This document shows positions 19,750-27,748 of a stretch of 32,000 nucleotides of DNA, piece after piece (the stretch's first letter is position 1; each line of letters begins with the position of its first letter). Both the position numbers and the translations under genes were made by a program. The notes under the pieces are model-generated. The model was not told the origin of the DNA. It did not search any database and worked only from the letters and a program-made list of their open reading frames with translations. The stretch is from Syntrophomonas sp. GTDB taxonomy: Bacteria; Bacillota; Syntrophomonadia; Syntrophomonadales; Syntrophomonadaceae. Location: assembly GCA_036677685.1 (NCBI GenBank), contig JAVBWA010000012.1, positions 201,601-233,600 on the forward strand, read 5' to 3'.

Positions 19750-19944
19750 TTATCCTTGCGGCTCTTGGAACAATACAGTTGAAAGATATCTTTCCCCGGT
19801 ATCGGGCAGCAATACCACGATATTTTTTCCTGCATGCTCCGGCCGTTGGGCCAGTTGAGTGGCGGCATAAACAGCGGCTCCCGAAGAGATCCCCACCAAT
19901 AAACCTTCCGTTTGAGAGAGCAGCCGGAAAGTATCAAAAGCCTC
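19750..19944 (-). pseudogene. C-terminal 64-codon remnant of a second cysteine synthase (CysK/CysM paralog)
   Basis: The minus-strand frame reads [64 protein letters not shown]. It aligns residue-for-residue with the end of the intact CysK ([61 protein letters not shown]). A TAA lies 2 codons upstream. By eye the DNA matches at roughly two-thirds of positions, so this is a decayed paralog and not a recent duplication. Confidence 0.75.
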
Positions 19945-20123
19945 GCTTTAAAGCATTAACATTGAAAAGGCGAGGCGTCTGGATAATAAAATAAGGCAAT
20001 TTTGATGAACTGTTCTTCTGTCAAAGCTATTTGTAGCCCAATGAATCTGGTAGCCAGCCTCTTTTGCCGATAAAATCCTTATAAATTTTAATTTGATTCG
20101 CCTGGAGAAATCCCTGTCAAAGG

Positions 20124-21053
20124 CTACTGCTGAAACAATTCAGTGGAAAGGTATCTTTCTCCCGTATCAGGCAGTAATACAACAATGGTTTTCCCATGAT
20201 TTTCGGGCTTTTTGGCTATTTGTGAAGCCGCATAGGCGGCTGCTCCTGATGATATGCCCACCAGAAGCCCTTCAGTCCTGGCCAGTAGCCTCGCAGTCTG
20301 AAATGCATCTTCGTTTTTTACTTTAAATACTTCATCTAAAATTGACCGATTCAAGACTTCCGGGATGAAATTTGCGCCTATGCCCTCAATCTTGTGCGGC
20401 CCTGCCTTCCCACCTGAAAGCAATGGTGAATCATAGGGTTCTACCGCAATTATTTTTACCTCCGGCTTTTTCGCTTTAAGAACCTCTCCTATGCCGGTGA
20501 TGGTCCCACCCGTTCCTACCCCGGCCACAAATATGTCTACCTGGCCTGCAGTATCCCGCCAGATTTCCTGAGCCGTGGTTTCCCTATGGGCTGCCGGGTT
20601 GGCAGGATTTTTAAATTGCTGAGGTATAAAGGAATTGGGTGTACTGGCAGCCAGTTCATCCGCAACCCGCAGGGCGCCCGCCATCCCTTCCGTTCCCGGA
20701 GTCAAAACTAGTTCCGCGCCTAGAGCCTTCAGCAGGTTGCGACGTTCCAGGCTAAAGGTTTCCGGCATGGTTAGGATTAGCCGGTAACCTTTTGCTGCGG
20801 CTACAAAGGCCAGCGCAATACCCGTATTCCCACTGGTAGGCTCGATTATAACCGAGTCTTTATTGATCAGGCCTTTTGCTTCCGCATCTTTGATCATGGC
20901 ATAGCCAATCCGGTCCTTGGCACTGCCGGCCGGGTTAAAGTATTCAAGTTTGCCCAGCAACCTTGCTTTCACCTGCTGATTTAAAGCAAAATTGGACAAT
21001 TCCAACATTGGAGTATTCCCGATAAGTTCAGTAAGATTTGATACAATTCCCAC
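20124..21053 (-). CDS. cysK: Cysteine synthase A (O-acetylserine sulfhydrylase)
   Basis: IGNTPMLEL..., PLP-Lys region [32 protein letters not shown] start with GGAGGG 6 nt upstream. Confidence 0.93.
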   Translation of the reverse strand: MGIVSNLTELIGNTPMLELSNFALNQQVKARLLGKLEYFNPAGSAKDRIGYAMIKDAEAKGLINKDSVIIEPTSGNTGIALAFVAAAKGYRLILTMPETFSLERRNLLKALGAELVLTPGTEGMAGALRVADELAASTPNSFIPQQFKNPANPAAHRETTAQEIWRDTAGQVDIFVAGVGTGGTITGIGEVLKAKKPEVKIIAVEPYDSPLLSGGKAGPHKIEGIGANFIPEVLNRSILDEVFKVKNEDAFQTARLLARTEGLLVGISSGAAAYAASQIAKKPENHGKTIVVLLPDTGERYLSTELFQQ

Positions 21054-21109
21054 TTAAATCCCTCCGTTTTCTTATTTATAAACGTCTATCCTATTTCATC
21101 CTCCTGAAT

Positions 21110-21166
21110 TCAAAGCCAGTCGAGCATAGCGCGCAATCCATAACGGCCTTTCGTGGACATCTTCAT
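21110..21166 (-). pseudogene. 18-codon N-terminal remnant of an Rrf2-family regulator upstream of cysK
   Basis: The minus strand reads ATGAAGATGTCCACGAAAGGCCGTTATGGATTGCGCGCTATGCTCGACTGGCTTTGA, giving MKMSTKGRYGLRAMLDWL*. This matches the invariant Rrf2 N-terminus (compare MRLSTKGRYGLRAMIDIA at 16523). The rest of the gene is absent. Confidence 0.55.
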
Positions 21167-21320
21167 AAACCCGGTATCTCCAAATAGTTTTCCTATATGA
21201 ATACTAGTATATTATGACCACAAATGCAACATTATTACTGTAACAGCAGCCTTGTCATAGCTTTAATTATATTTTATAATTCCTATATAAATACTGTATA
21301 TATGAAAGGTTTTTGATTTG

Positions 21321-21770
21321 ATGATGAACGAAAAGGGGCATGTTCTGGCTGTTAATATCTCCGAAAAAAGAGGGGAAAAGAAGCATAATATCAATGAAGC
21401 TTACATTAAAGCCGACTGGGGTATTGAAGTTGATGCCCATAGCGGTGAATGGCACCGCCAGGTCAGCTTGCTGTCGCTTTCCAGTGTGGAAAAGATGCGT
21501 GCATTGGGAGCAGTCATTGATTACGGCGATTTCGCTGAAAATCTTACCGTTGAAGGAATTGATGTGGCTGCCCTTCCGCTGGGCACCCGCCTGCAAGTTG
21601 GAGAAGTCCGGATGGAAGTAACCCAAATCGGCAAAGAATGCCACAATAAAGCCTGTGCTATCAAAAAGCAAGTTGGCACCTGTGTTATGCCTATCGAAGG
21701 CATATTTACCCGGATTCTCAGTTCGGGCTGGGTAAGAGTAGGCGATACAATCGAAGTAATAGAACAATAG
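21321..21770 (+). CDS. MOSC-domain protein (small YiiM-like molybdenum-cofactor-sulfurase C-terminal domain)
   Basis: GHVLAVNISEKRGEKKHNINEAYIKADWGIEVDAHSG...RQVSLLS...GDFAENLTVEGID...LPLGTRLQVGEVRMEVTQIGKECH is a MOSC beta-barrel pattern. The 178-aa minus-strand ORF across it is antisense. Confidence 0.85.
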   Translation: MMNEKGHVLAVNISEKRGEKKHNINEAYIKADWGIEVDAHSGEWHRQVSLLSLSSVEKMRALGAVIDYGDFAENLTVEGIDVAALPLGTRLQVGEVRMEVTQIGKECHNKACAIKKQVGTCVMPIEGIFTRILSSGWVRVGDTIEVIEQ

Positions 21771-21900
21771 TAATTCAAATGTTGATTGAAAGGGATTCAG
21801 CATCTTAAAACAGTCAACCCAATGGCAATGGATAACAAAAAGCGGTTCATAAGCAATCAGTTGGCTCCCTGCCTGTAATTATGAAAGTTACGAACACCTC

Positions 21901-21941
21901 AAGCAGGTTCTCAACCTAATAAGAACCTGCTTTCATTTTTT
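21901..21941 (+). terminator. Rho-independent terminator after the MOSC gene
   Basis: AAGCAGGTTC-tcaacctaataa-GAACCTGCTT followed by TCATTTTTTC. Confidence 0.75.
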
Positions 21942-22125
21942 CTGGGCGACTTCAGTCATAATGCAAAAGCATTTCGGGTGAGCCTGTATTTTTGACCCGG
22001 CCGTTTTCTGAAATAACCACAATATCGCCGGCTATATACAGAAGACAAACAATGTGATATAGCAAAGATTTCCCGGCTAATTTCCTGCCCCCCTACAGAC
22101 CCTTAAAGGTGGTTATAATGATTAA

Positions 22126-22458
22126 TTATAAAGTTATGACCTGATCTATGCCGGCACCGCCCAAAACAGCGTAGAGATTGGGGAAACAGCCGATAGCGGC
22201 ACCATCCACCAATTTGTCGTCAATTCCCCTTTCAATGGTACACATATCACACCCCATTAAAACGGTACCGTACTTTTCGTGGATCTCCTGGAGTCTATCC
22301 CCGGTGCTGCTGCCTTTGGTCAACAGGAAGGTGTTGTCAAAGAAAAACATCATCCCGGCCACTTCAACTCCGTGACGTTCTTCCAGCATTTGCGGAATAA
22401 TCATTTTATCCAGTATCCTTTGCGCATTATTTGTGGAGAAAATATAGGCAACTCTCAT
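22126..22458 (-). CDS. DsrE/DsrF-like sulfur-relay family protein (last gene of the Cys-pair operon)
   Basis: MRVAYIFSTNNAQRILDKMIIPQMLEERHGVEVAGMMFFFDNTFLL...LMGCDMCTIERGI has DsrE-like topology and a C-x2-C-x3-RG segment. I chose the ATG at 22458 (AAGGAGAGG upstream) over the track's longer ORF, which would overlap the ATPase gene. Confidence 0.75.
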   Translation of the reverse strand: MRVAYIFSTNNAQRILDKMIIPQMLEERHGVEVAGMMFFFDNTFLLTKGSSTGDRLQEIHEKYGTVLMGCDMCTIERGIDDKLVDGAAIGCFPNLYAVLGGAGIDQVITL

Positions 22459-22480
22459 TTCAACCTCTCCTTTATTTTTA

Positions 22481-23374
22481 TTATTGGGCAACTCTGCCTT
22501 TATCAACTTTGGTATATCTGTTGTTCATCCGGTTATAAGCATCGGTAAAACTGGCCTGCCTGTCATAGTCAGCAACCTTTTCGCTAAAATCATCTGACAG
22601 CTCAAAGTCAACAACTTTTTCCTGAAAAGCCTGACGTACTAGCTTTGTCAGTTCCGCAACGTAGGCTTTAAAGCCTTCACTTTGCCTGTCCCGCGGACGG
22701 TCAAGATCAATATAAACGTCTTTTACTATCTGGCCCTTATTCCCGGACATGACTATAACCCGGTCACTCAGATAAACCGATTCATTTACATCATGGGTGA
22801 CCATAACCACAGTAGTTTTGGCTCCCTCTACCAAAGCTGCCAGTTCTTCCTGTAAAAGCTCCCGCATTTGAAAATCTATAGCTCCCAGCGGTTCATCCAA
22901 CAGCAGAATTTCCGGGCGGCTGGCTAAAGCCCTGACTACCGCTACTCTCTGCTGCATACCCCCGGAAAGCTGTACGGGATACTTGTTTTCGCTGCCTCGT
23001 AAATGTGATATATCCAACAGCTCCTGCAGGCGATCTATTTGTTCCTTATGAGCGAACTTTTTGACACGCAGGGAATATAGAATGTTGTCTTTCACTGTCA
23101 TCCAGGGGAAAAGAGCATAATTTTGAAAAACAAAACCCCGGTCAGGCCCGGGTTCTACTACCTTATTGCCGGCCAAAATTATTTCTCCCGCATCGGGATG
23201 CAAAAAGCCGCCCAATATGGTCAACAGGGTAGTCTTACCGCACCCGGATGGTCCCAGAAGCGAAACATACTGACCTCTTTCTACGGTAAAGGACATGTTT
23301 TCCAGGACTATGTGCGCGGCTTTTTTCTTCTGGGTAAATGTTTTGGTTATATCTTTAACTTCCAGCAAAGCCAT
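22481..23374 (-). CDS. ABC transporter ATP-binding protein (NitT/TauT = SsuB/TauB-like)
   Basis: Walker A GPSGCGKTT, FQNYALFPWMTV, signature LSGGMQQRVAVVRAL, Walker B LLLDEP. It has a roughly 60-aa C-terminal extension. Its start overlaps the permease gene by 20 nt. Confidence 0.92.
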   Translation of the reverse strand: MALLEVKDITKTFTQKKKAAHIVLENMSFTVERGQYVSLLGPSGCGKTTLLTILGGFLHPDAGEIILAGNKVVEPGPDRGFVFQNYALFPWMTVKDNILYSLRVKKFAHKEQIDRLQELLDISHLRGSENKYPVQLSGGMQQRVAVVRALASRPEILLLDEPLGAIDFQMRELLQEELAALVEGAKTTVVMVTHDVNESVYLSDRVIVMSGNKGQIVKDVYIDLDRPRDRQSEGFKAYVAELTKLVRQAFQEKVVDFELSDDFSEKVADYDRQASFTDAYNRMNNRYTKVDKGRVAQ

Positions 23375-24188
23375 CTTTAAATCTCCATGAAGTTAGTTTT
23401 TCCTCTATGGTTAAAAAGCCTTTATCAATAACAAACCCTACTAATCCCGACATAAACATTAAAGCGTAAAGCTGCGCCGTCTCCAGCCGCACCTGGGCTT
23501 CCACCATCAAAAAACCGAATCCGGCACTGGTAGCAATAAACTCCGCACAAATAACTGACATCCACCCGGCACCCATAGCCAAACGGCAACCGGTCAATAT
23601 GCTGGGCAAAGCCCCCGGCACCACAATATCGCGAATAATATGAGGCAAAGAAGCCCCCATACTGCGAGCCGCATTATAATAGTTGGGATCAATCCCGTAT
23701 ACTCCGGCAATAGTGTTGATAGCAAGAGGAAAAACCGCACTCATGGCAATCAGAAAAACAGTGGGACCGTCTCCCAGGCCAAACCAAATAATGGACAAGG
23801 GCACCCATGCCATAATAGGAACCTGACGCACCGAATTTATTACCGGGGAAAGCGCCTGCATGGCCGTCTGGGAATAACCCATTAAAAGTCCTAAGGGGAT
23901 GCCGATGACAAATGCATATACGAAACCTATAAACACTCTTTTTAAAGTCAAAGCCAAATTTGACATAATTACAGGGTCCACCCATGCTGTAAAAAATTCT
24001 TTGGCTGTGTCTTTAAAATAAGGCAACAGTAACGTATTTTGAATGCAATTGGCAGCAAAATGCCAGGCAAATACCAGGATAATTACAATAATCATGGTAT
24101 AACAGGTGCCTCGATACTTATCTAAAATATCGCCCGGAGTTAATTTGGTATTTCTATCGGCTGGAATTGTATTCCCATTTCTCTCCAT
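23355..24188 (-). CDS. ABC transporter permease (SsuC/TauC-like, BPD_transp_1)
   Basis: Six hydrophobic segments and an EAA-like loop (YNAARSMGASLPHIIRDIVVPGALPSI). RBS TGAGGT before the ATG at 24188, which overlaps the upstream gene by 49 nt. Confidence 0.9.
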   Translation of the reverse strand: MERNGNTIPADRNTKLTPGDILDKYRGTCYTMIIVIILVFAWHFAANCIQNTLLLPYFKDTAKEFFTAWVDPVIMSNLALTLKRVFIGFVYAFVIGIPLGLLMGYSQTAMQALSPVINSVRQVPIMAWVPLSIIWFGLGDGPTVFLIAMSAVFPLAINTIAGVYGIDPNYYNAARSMGASLPHIIRDIVVPGALPSILTGCRLAMGAGWMSVICAEFIATSAGFGFLMVEAQVRLETAQLYALMFMSGLVGFVIDKGFLTIEEKLTSWRFKDGFAGS

Positions 24189-24934
24189 ATTTTTACCTCA
24201 TTACTGCTATTCTCTATGGATAAATTTTTTTTCAGTTCTTTCATAAGTATCCCTGTGGTATTTATTTCACCGACCGCCTGGTTATAGGCCTTTATAAAGC
24301 TTTCCAACTCAGTGCTGCCAAGCAAATTTTCATGCACAACCAGCACAGAGCTTGGATACTCGGAAAGCAAAGGTAAACGATAACCACTAATTTTTAATGC
24401 TCCCAAAATATCCAGGACTATTCCTTCTACTGCATCTCTTTCCAGGGCATACGGTAAACCTGCAGGAAGCATAGGCTTCATTACAATACTATTGTCTAAA
24501 TTGGACCAAACCAATTTTTTCTGAATTTCCCGCAGATTCATGTAGCCTACAGTTCGCGGAATAGTATCCTGATTCGTGACTAGAACATTGGCGTTTACCA
24601 CTACCGGACCTAAAACCTGATAAGGCTGACCACTGGCAATCAGCTTATCGGCACTGTCTGGGCAAAGCACTGCCAGATCAAAATTGCCCGCGGACAGTGC
24701 CAGCTCAGTTTGGCTGTTACAGCAATCCTGCAGTTGTTGATAACTCATATCGACAACCTCCAGGGCTGAACTTCCCTCTCCCGCCAGGTATTTGACAAGC
24801 AAACCGGCAGCGTCATCATTACACGCAATCCGTAATCCACTCGGTTCTACGCGATCAAGCATCATGTTCAATCCTAAAAAGATACAAACGATAAGGATCA
24901 GGCCTGCCGGCAGCAGGATTCTTTTACGGTTCAT
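24140..24934 (-). CDS. Membrane-anchored periplasmic-binding-protein-like paralog (unknown specificity)
   Basis: N-terminal anchor MNRKRILLPAGLILIVCIFLGL. The segments LRIACNDDAAG...LQDCCNSQTELALSAGNFDLAVL parallel INMGYYNCDHMTAA...EAMSAGKMDVGYAG of the neighbouring SsuA/NMT1-type binding protein. ATG at 24934 with AGAAGGA upstream. Confidence 0.65.
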   Translation of the reverse strand: MNRKRILLPAGLILIVCIFLGLNMMLDRVEPSGLRIACNDDAAGLLVKYLAGEGSSALEVVDMSYQQLQDCCNSQTELALSAGNFDLAVLCPDSADKLIASGQPYQVLGPVVVNANVLVTNQDTIPRTVGYMNLREIQKKLVWSNLDNSIVMKPMLPAGLPYALERDAVEGIVLDILGALKISGYRLPLLSEYPSSVLVVHENLLGSTELESFIKAYNQAVGEINTTGILMKELKKNLSIENSSNEVKIWREMGIQFQPIEIPN

Positions 24935-24964
24935 CAACAGTCCTTCTGTGCAATTATGCAGCTA

Positions 24965-26143
24965 TTAACTTTTGGCCGTAATGTTATCAACTTCCATAGC
25001 CTTGGTTTTCCAATCTTCAAAACTCATCCCCAGCGGGAATACCGGATCTACTTCTTCTTTTATGAAGGTTTGAAAATCTTTGGCGCCACAAGCGTCAAAA
25101 TAGGAAGTGTCAACATAGTCTTCGACATCGACAGTATTAACATCATTTTGTACGCCATACTTCTGCATTACTTCCAACTGGTTCTTCAGTTCATCCATTT
25201 TCAGATCCCAGGATATCGTACGTCCTTCTTCATTGGTCTTCTTCCAAATGGTCATTAAAGCAACTTCAAGAGGAACATTGTAGTTTTTGGCAAATATTTC
25301 TGCAGCTTTGTACGGGTGATTATACATGTATTGAACCGACAAGGTATGTGCCAATAAAACCCTTTTGGCTAAATCCGGATGGGCTTGGGCGAAATTGGTA
25401 TGCATGGCTACCTTGCAGCAGGTACCTTGTTTACCATCCCGCACGGTATTTTGCCTTATCACCACCCAGCCGGTATCCTCGTATTCGGCCATGGAGCCCC
25501 ACGGATCACAACATATATAAGCATCCAGCTTACCGGCTTTAAGCGCAAAATATTCATCCTGATCGCTCATATTGAAGTTCTGGTACTTGGTAATATCAGC
25601 CGGAATGTCTAATTGGTCTGCCCATTCCGCCCAGTTGATACTATTGGTCTCAGGATCTGTTCCAAAGGATACTTTCTTGCCTACTAAATCTGCCGCGGTT
25701 TTAATCTCCTTGCTGGCTATCAAATATTCCGATCCCCCGGTATGGTTTTGGGCGGCAATGAACAGAGGTGTGCCTTTAGGAACTGCCCGCAGGGTGGTGG
25801 TCCAACCCGCGTAGCCGACATCCATTTTCCCGGCTGACATAGCTTCAGGTACATTACCATTGCCGGTTAAATTAATTTTCAGCCCCAATGCTTCATAAAT
25901 TCCGGCATCCTTGCCGATACAAGCAGCGGTCATATGATCACAGTTATAATAGCCCATATTAATGGTATAATTTGCGTCTTCATCACTTAATGGTTGAAGA
26001 TTATAAGTTTCTTTCAATTCCTCGGCCAGGCTTTTCTCCGTTTTCTGGGCTTGCTGGGAGGTTTGTTTGGCACTGCAGCCGCACAAAGCAAGTAACCCCA
26101 TCATTAAAATAGCTATGAGAATATACAACTTTGCATTTTTCAT
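24965..26143 (-). CDS. ABC substrate-binding lipoprotein, NMT1/SsuA/TauA-like
   Basis: Lipobox LLALCGCS. NMT1-like core (AMSAGKMDVGYAGWTTTLRAV, FIAAQNHTGGSEYLIA, GKKVSFG). Two vicinal Cys pairs: YICCDPWG and GTCCKVAMH. Confidence 0.9.
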   Translation of the reverse strand: MKNAKLYILIAILMMGLLALCGCSAKQTSQQAQKTEKSLAEELKETYNLQPLSDEDANYTINMGYYNCDHMTAACIGKDAGIYEALGLKINLTGNGNVPEAMSAGKMDVGYAGWTTTLRAVPKGTPLFIAAQNHTGGSEYLIASKEIKTAADLVGKKVSFGTDPETNSINWAEWADQLDIPADITKYQNFNMSDQDEYFALKAGKLDAYICCDPWGSMAEYEDTGWVVIRQNTVRDGKQGTCCKVAMHTNFAQAHPDLAKRVLLAHTLSVQYMYNHPYKAAEIFAKNYNVPLEVALMTIWKKTNEEGRTISWDLKMDELKNQLEVMQKYGVQNDVNTVDVEDYVDTSYFDACGAKDFQTFIKEEVDPVFPLGMSFEDWKTKAMEVDNITAKS

Positions 26144-26178
26144 GCTACATACTCCTCCAATCCCTTTTACTTAAAAAA

Positions 26179-26640
26179 CTAGCAGCAATCTTCCATGCCT
26201 TCCCCGAAAAGATTTACGAACTTTCCTTTTTCTAAACGATAAATAGCGTAACCCACATTCACCCCCTTGGAGCCGGATATTATCAATTCAACCGGGGCCT
26301 TATCATCAATATCCCGCCATTCGATGCGGTAATTTTCTGCCGGCGCCGGTGTCGGCTCAGAAATAACAACTGTCCCGGCTTCTTCCCATATTGCTATCAT
26401 TTTGTTGGCGTCTGCACTATCCTTATAAATAACAATTAAATCTTCCTCCCCATCATTATTAATATCATTAACTCCGGTAAGAAGAGGCTGCTTGTCTTTA
26501 TAAGCATTTAAATAGTATTCAAATAGCTTGTGGCTGGTTTCTATTGTTTTAACGCTATCTTCTTTCCGGTCTTTACCGCCACAGCCTGTAATGCACAGCA
26601 GAGCCAGCAGAAGCAAAATCAATCTTTTCTTCTTAGGCAT
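26179..26640 (-). CDS. Small lipoprotein ending in Cys-Cys-COOH
   Basis: MPKKKRLILLLLALLCITGCGG lipobox. I chose the ATG at 26640 (AGAGGG upstream), which overlaps the upstream permease stop by 8 nt. There is an FG-GAP/EF-hand-like DINNDGEEDL segment. The last residues are GEGMEDCC followed by TAG. Confidence 0.75.
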   Translation of the reverse strand: MPKKKRLILLLLALLCITGCGGKDRKEDSVKTIETSHKLFEYYLNAYKDKQPLLTGVNDINNDGEEDLIVIYKDSADANKMIAIWEEAGTVVISEPTPAPAENYRIEWRDIDDKAPVELIISGSKGVNVGYAIYRLEKGKFVNLFGEGMEDCC

Positions 26641-27748
26641 TTTTAACCCTCTGACCCAATTCGGCCAACCTTTCGCGGCATATTGGCCACCAAGCCGTAA
26701 TACCCATGGCAATGACGATCAGCGAACAAGCATATTCCAACCAGACCGGAACAGCCAGGGACATCTTATTGGCCAAATCCATACTATTCCGGGCATTGCT
26801 TAAATCAAAAACCGGAGTAAAGCCCGGCATTAAAAGACTATTGGTAATATAGCCAACTATCACACTGAGGACTACCACCGTCACCGTATATATAACTACC
26901 GTTCTTTTACCAATAAGTTTGTAAATACTTATTAATTCAGGCAAATTGGTCGCTACCCCCGAAAGCAGAAATGTAACAGCTACTCCCGGTGCTGCTCCTG
27001 CAGCAATAAGTGCTGCAATAAAAGGAATATGTCCAACTGCACAAACGTACATAACCGCACTTAAGATTACAATTCCAAACAAAGAAATAAAAGCAGGACT
27101 GCTTAAATAATCCTGTATAAAGGATACGGGAATAATCGTAAGCAAAAGTGCCGCAAATAATATCCCCACCAGAACATAGCGGCTTACCTGCAAGCCCAGA
27201 CTGCGTACGCTCCAATCCAGTCCGCTGCAGATCCTTTTATGCCAGGGAGTTTTAACCGCAGTAAGAGTATTTATTGCTGATTCCGCAGGTGAATTTATCA
27301 TAGCTTCTGCCATAGCAGCCGCCATTGGTGATACCAGCTCTTCCTTTCCCCATCTGTTGCCTATAACTCCAATAATGATCGGGAGTATAAAACCGGTAAT
27401 AACATAGATAATCGTCAATTCCGGTCCCAGAAGAGCAATAGCGAGTAAAACAGCCGCAGGATTTATTATCGGTGTAGCAACCAAAAATGCCAACGTAGGT
27501 CCTAAATAAGCACCCGAGTAATAAAGGCTCAAAGCTAAGGGCACCACTCCACAACTGCAAATAGGCAAAAGCATTCCCGATATGGTAGCTTTCGCCAGCG
27601 ATGATAATTTGGTATTACCCAGCGATTTTTGCAAAAATTCCGGGCGCAGCACTATATGTAAAAATCCGCAAAGGATAAAACTAAATACCAGCCAAAATGA
27701 ACTTACATTTAGTAATTGCCAGAAGAAAAGCAGGAATTCTTTAATCAT
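26633..27748 (-). CDS. Polytopic permease of the ArsP/DUF318 (PF03773-like) family
   Basis: About 10 hydrophobic helices, with the family-typical LPICSCGVVPLALSL and VCAVGHIPFIAALIAAG motifs. The ATG at 27748 overlaps the stop of the upstream thioredoxin-fold gene (AATGATTAA). Confidence 0.85.
   Translation of the reverse strand: MIKEFLLFFWQLLNVSSFWLVFSFILCGFLHIVLRPEFLQKSLGNTKLSSLAKATISGMLLPICSCGVVPLALSLYYSGAYLGPTLAFLVATPIINPAAVLLAIALLGPELTIIYVITGFILPIIIGVIGNRWGKEELVSPMAAAMAEAMINSPAESAINTLTAVKTPWHKRICSGLDWSVRSLGLQVSRYVLVGILFAALLLTIIPVSFIQDYLSSPAFISLFGIVILSAVMYVCAVGHIPFIAALIAAGAAPGVAVTFLLSGVATNLPELISIYKLIGKRTVVIYTVTVVVLSVIVGYITNSLLMPGFTPVFDLSNARNSMDLANKMSLAVPVWLEYACSLIVIAMGITAWWPICRERLAELGQRVKNA

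Noticed and set aside
19941-19977. A GCCTCGC...GCGAGGC hairpin followed by UUUU on the minus strand, about 150 nt downstream of the cysK stop. It is a possible terminator.
   Set aside because: It has a 7-bp stem and a 23-nt loop, and its 3' arm is part of the cysK remnant coding sequence. It is probably coincidental.
21267-21803. A 178-aa minus-strand ORF and two further ORFs overlapping 21318-21778.
   Set aside because: The plus-strand frame encodes a recognisable MOSC domain with an RBS and terminator. The others are shadow ORFs.
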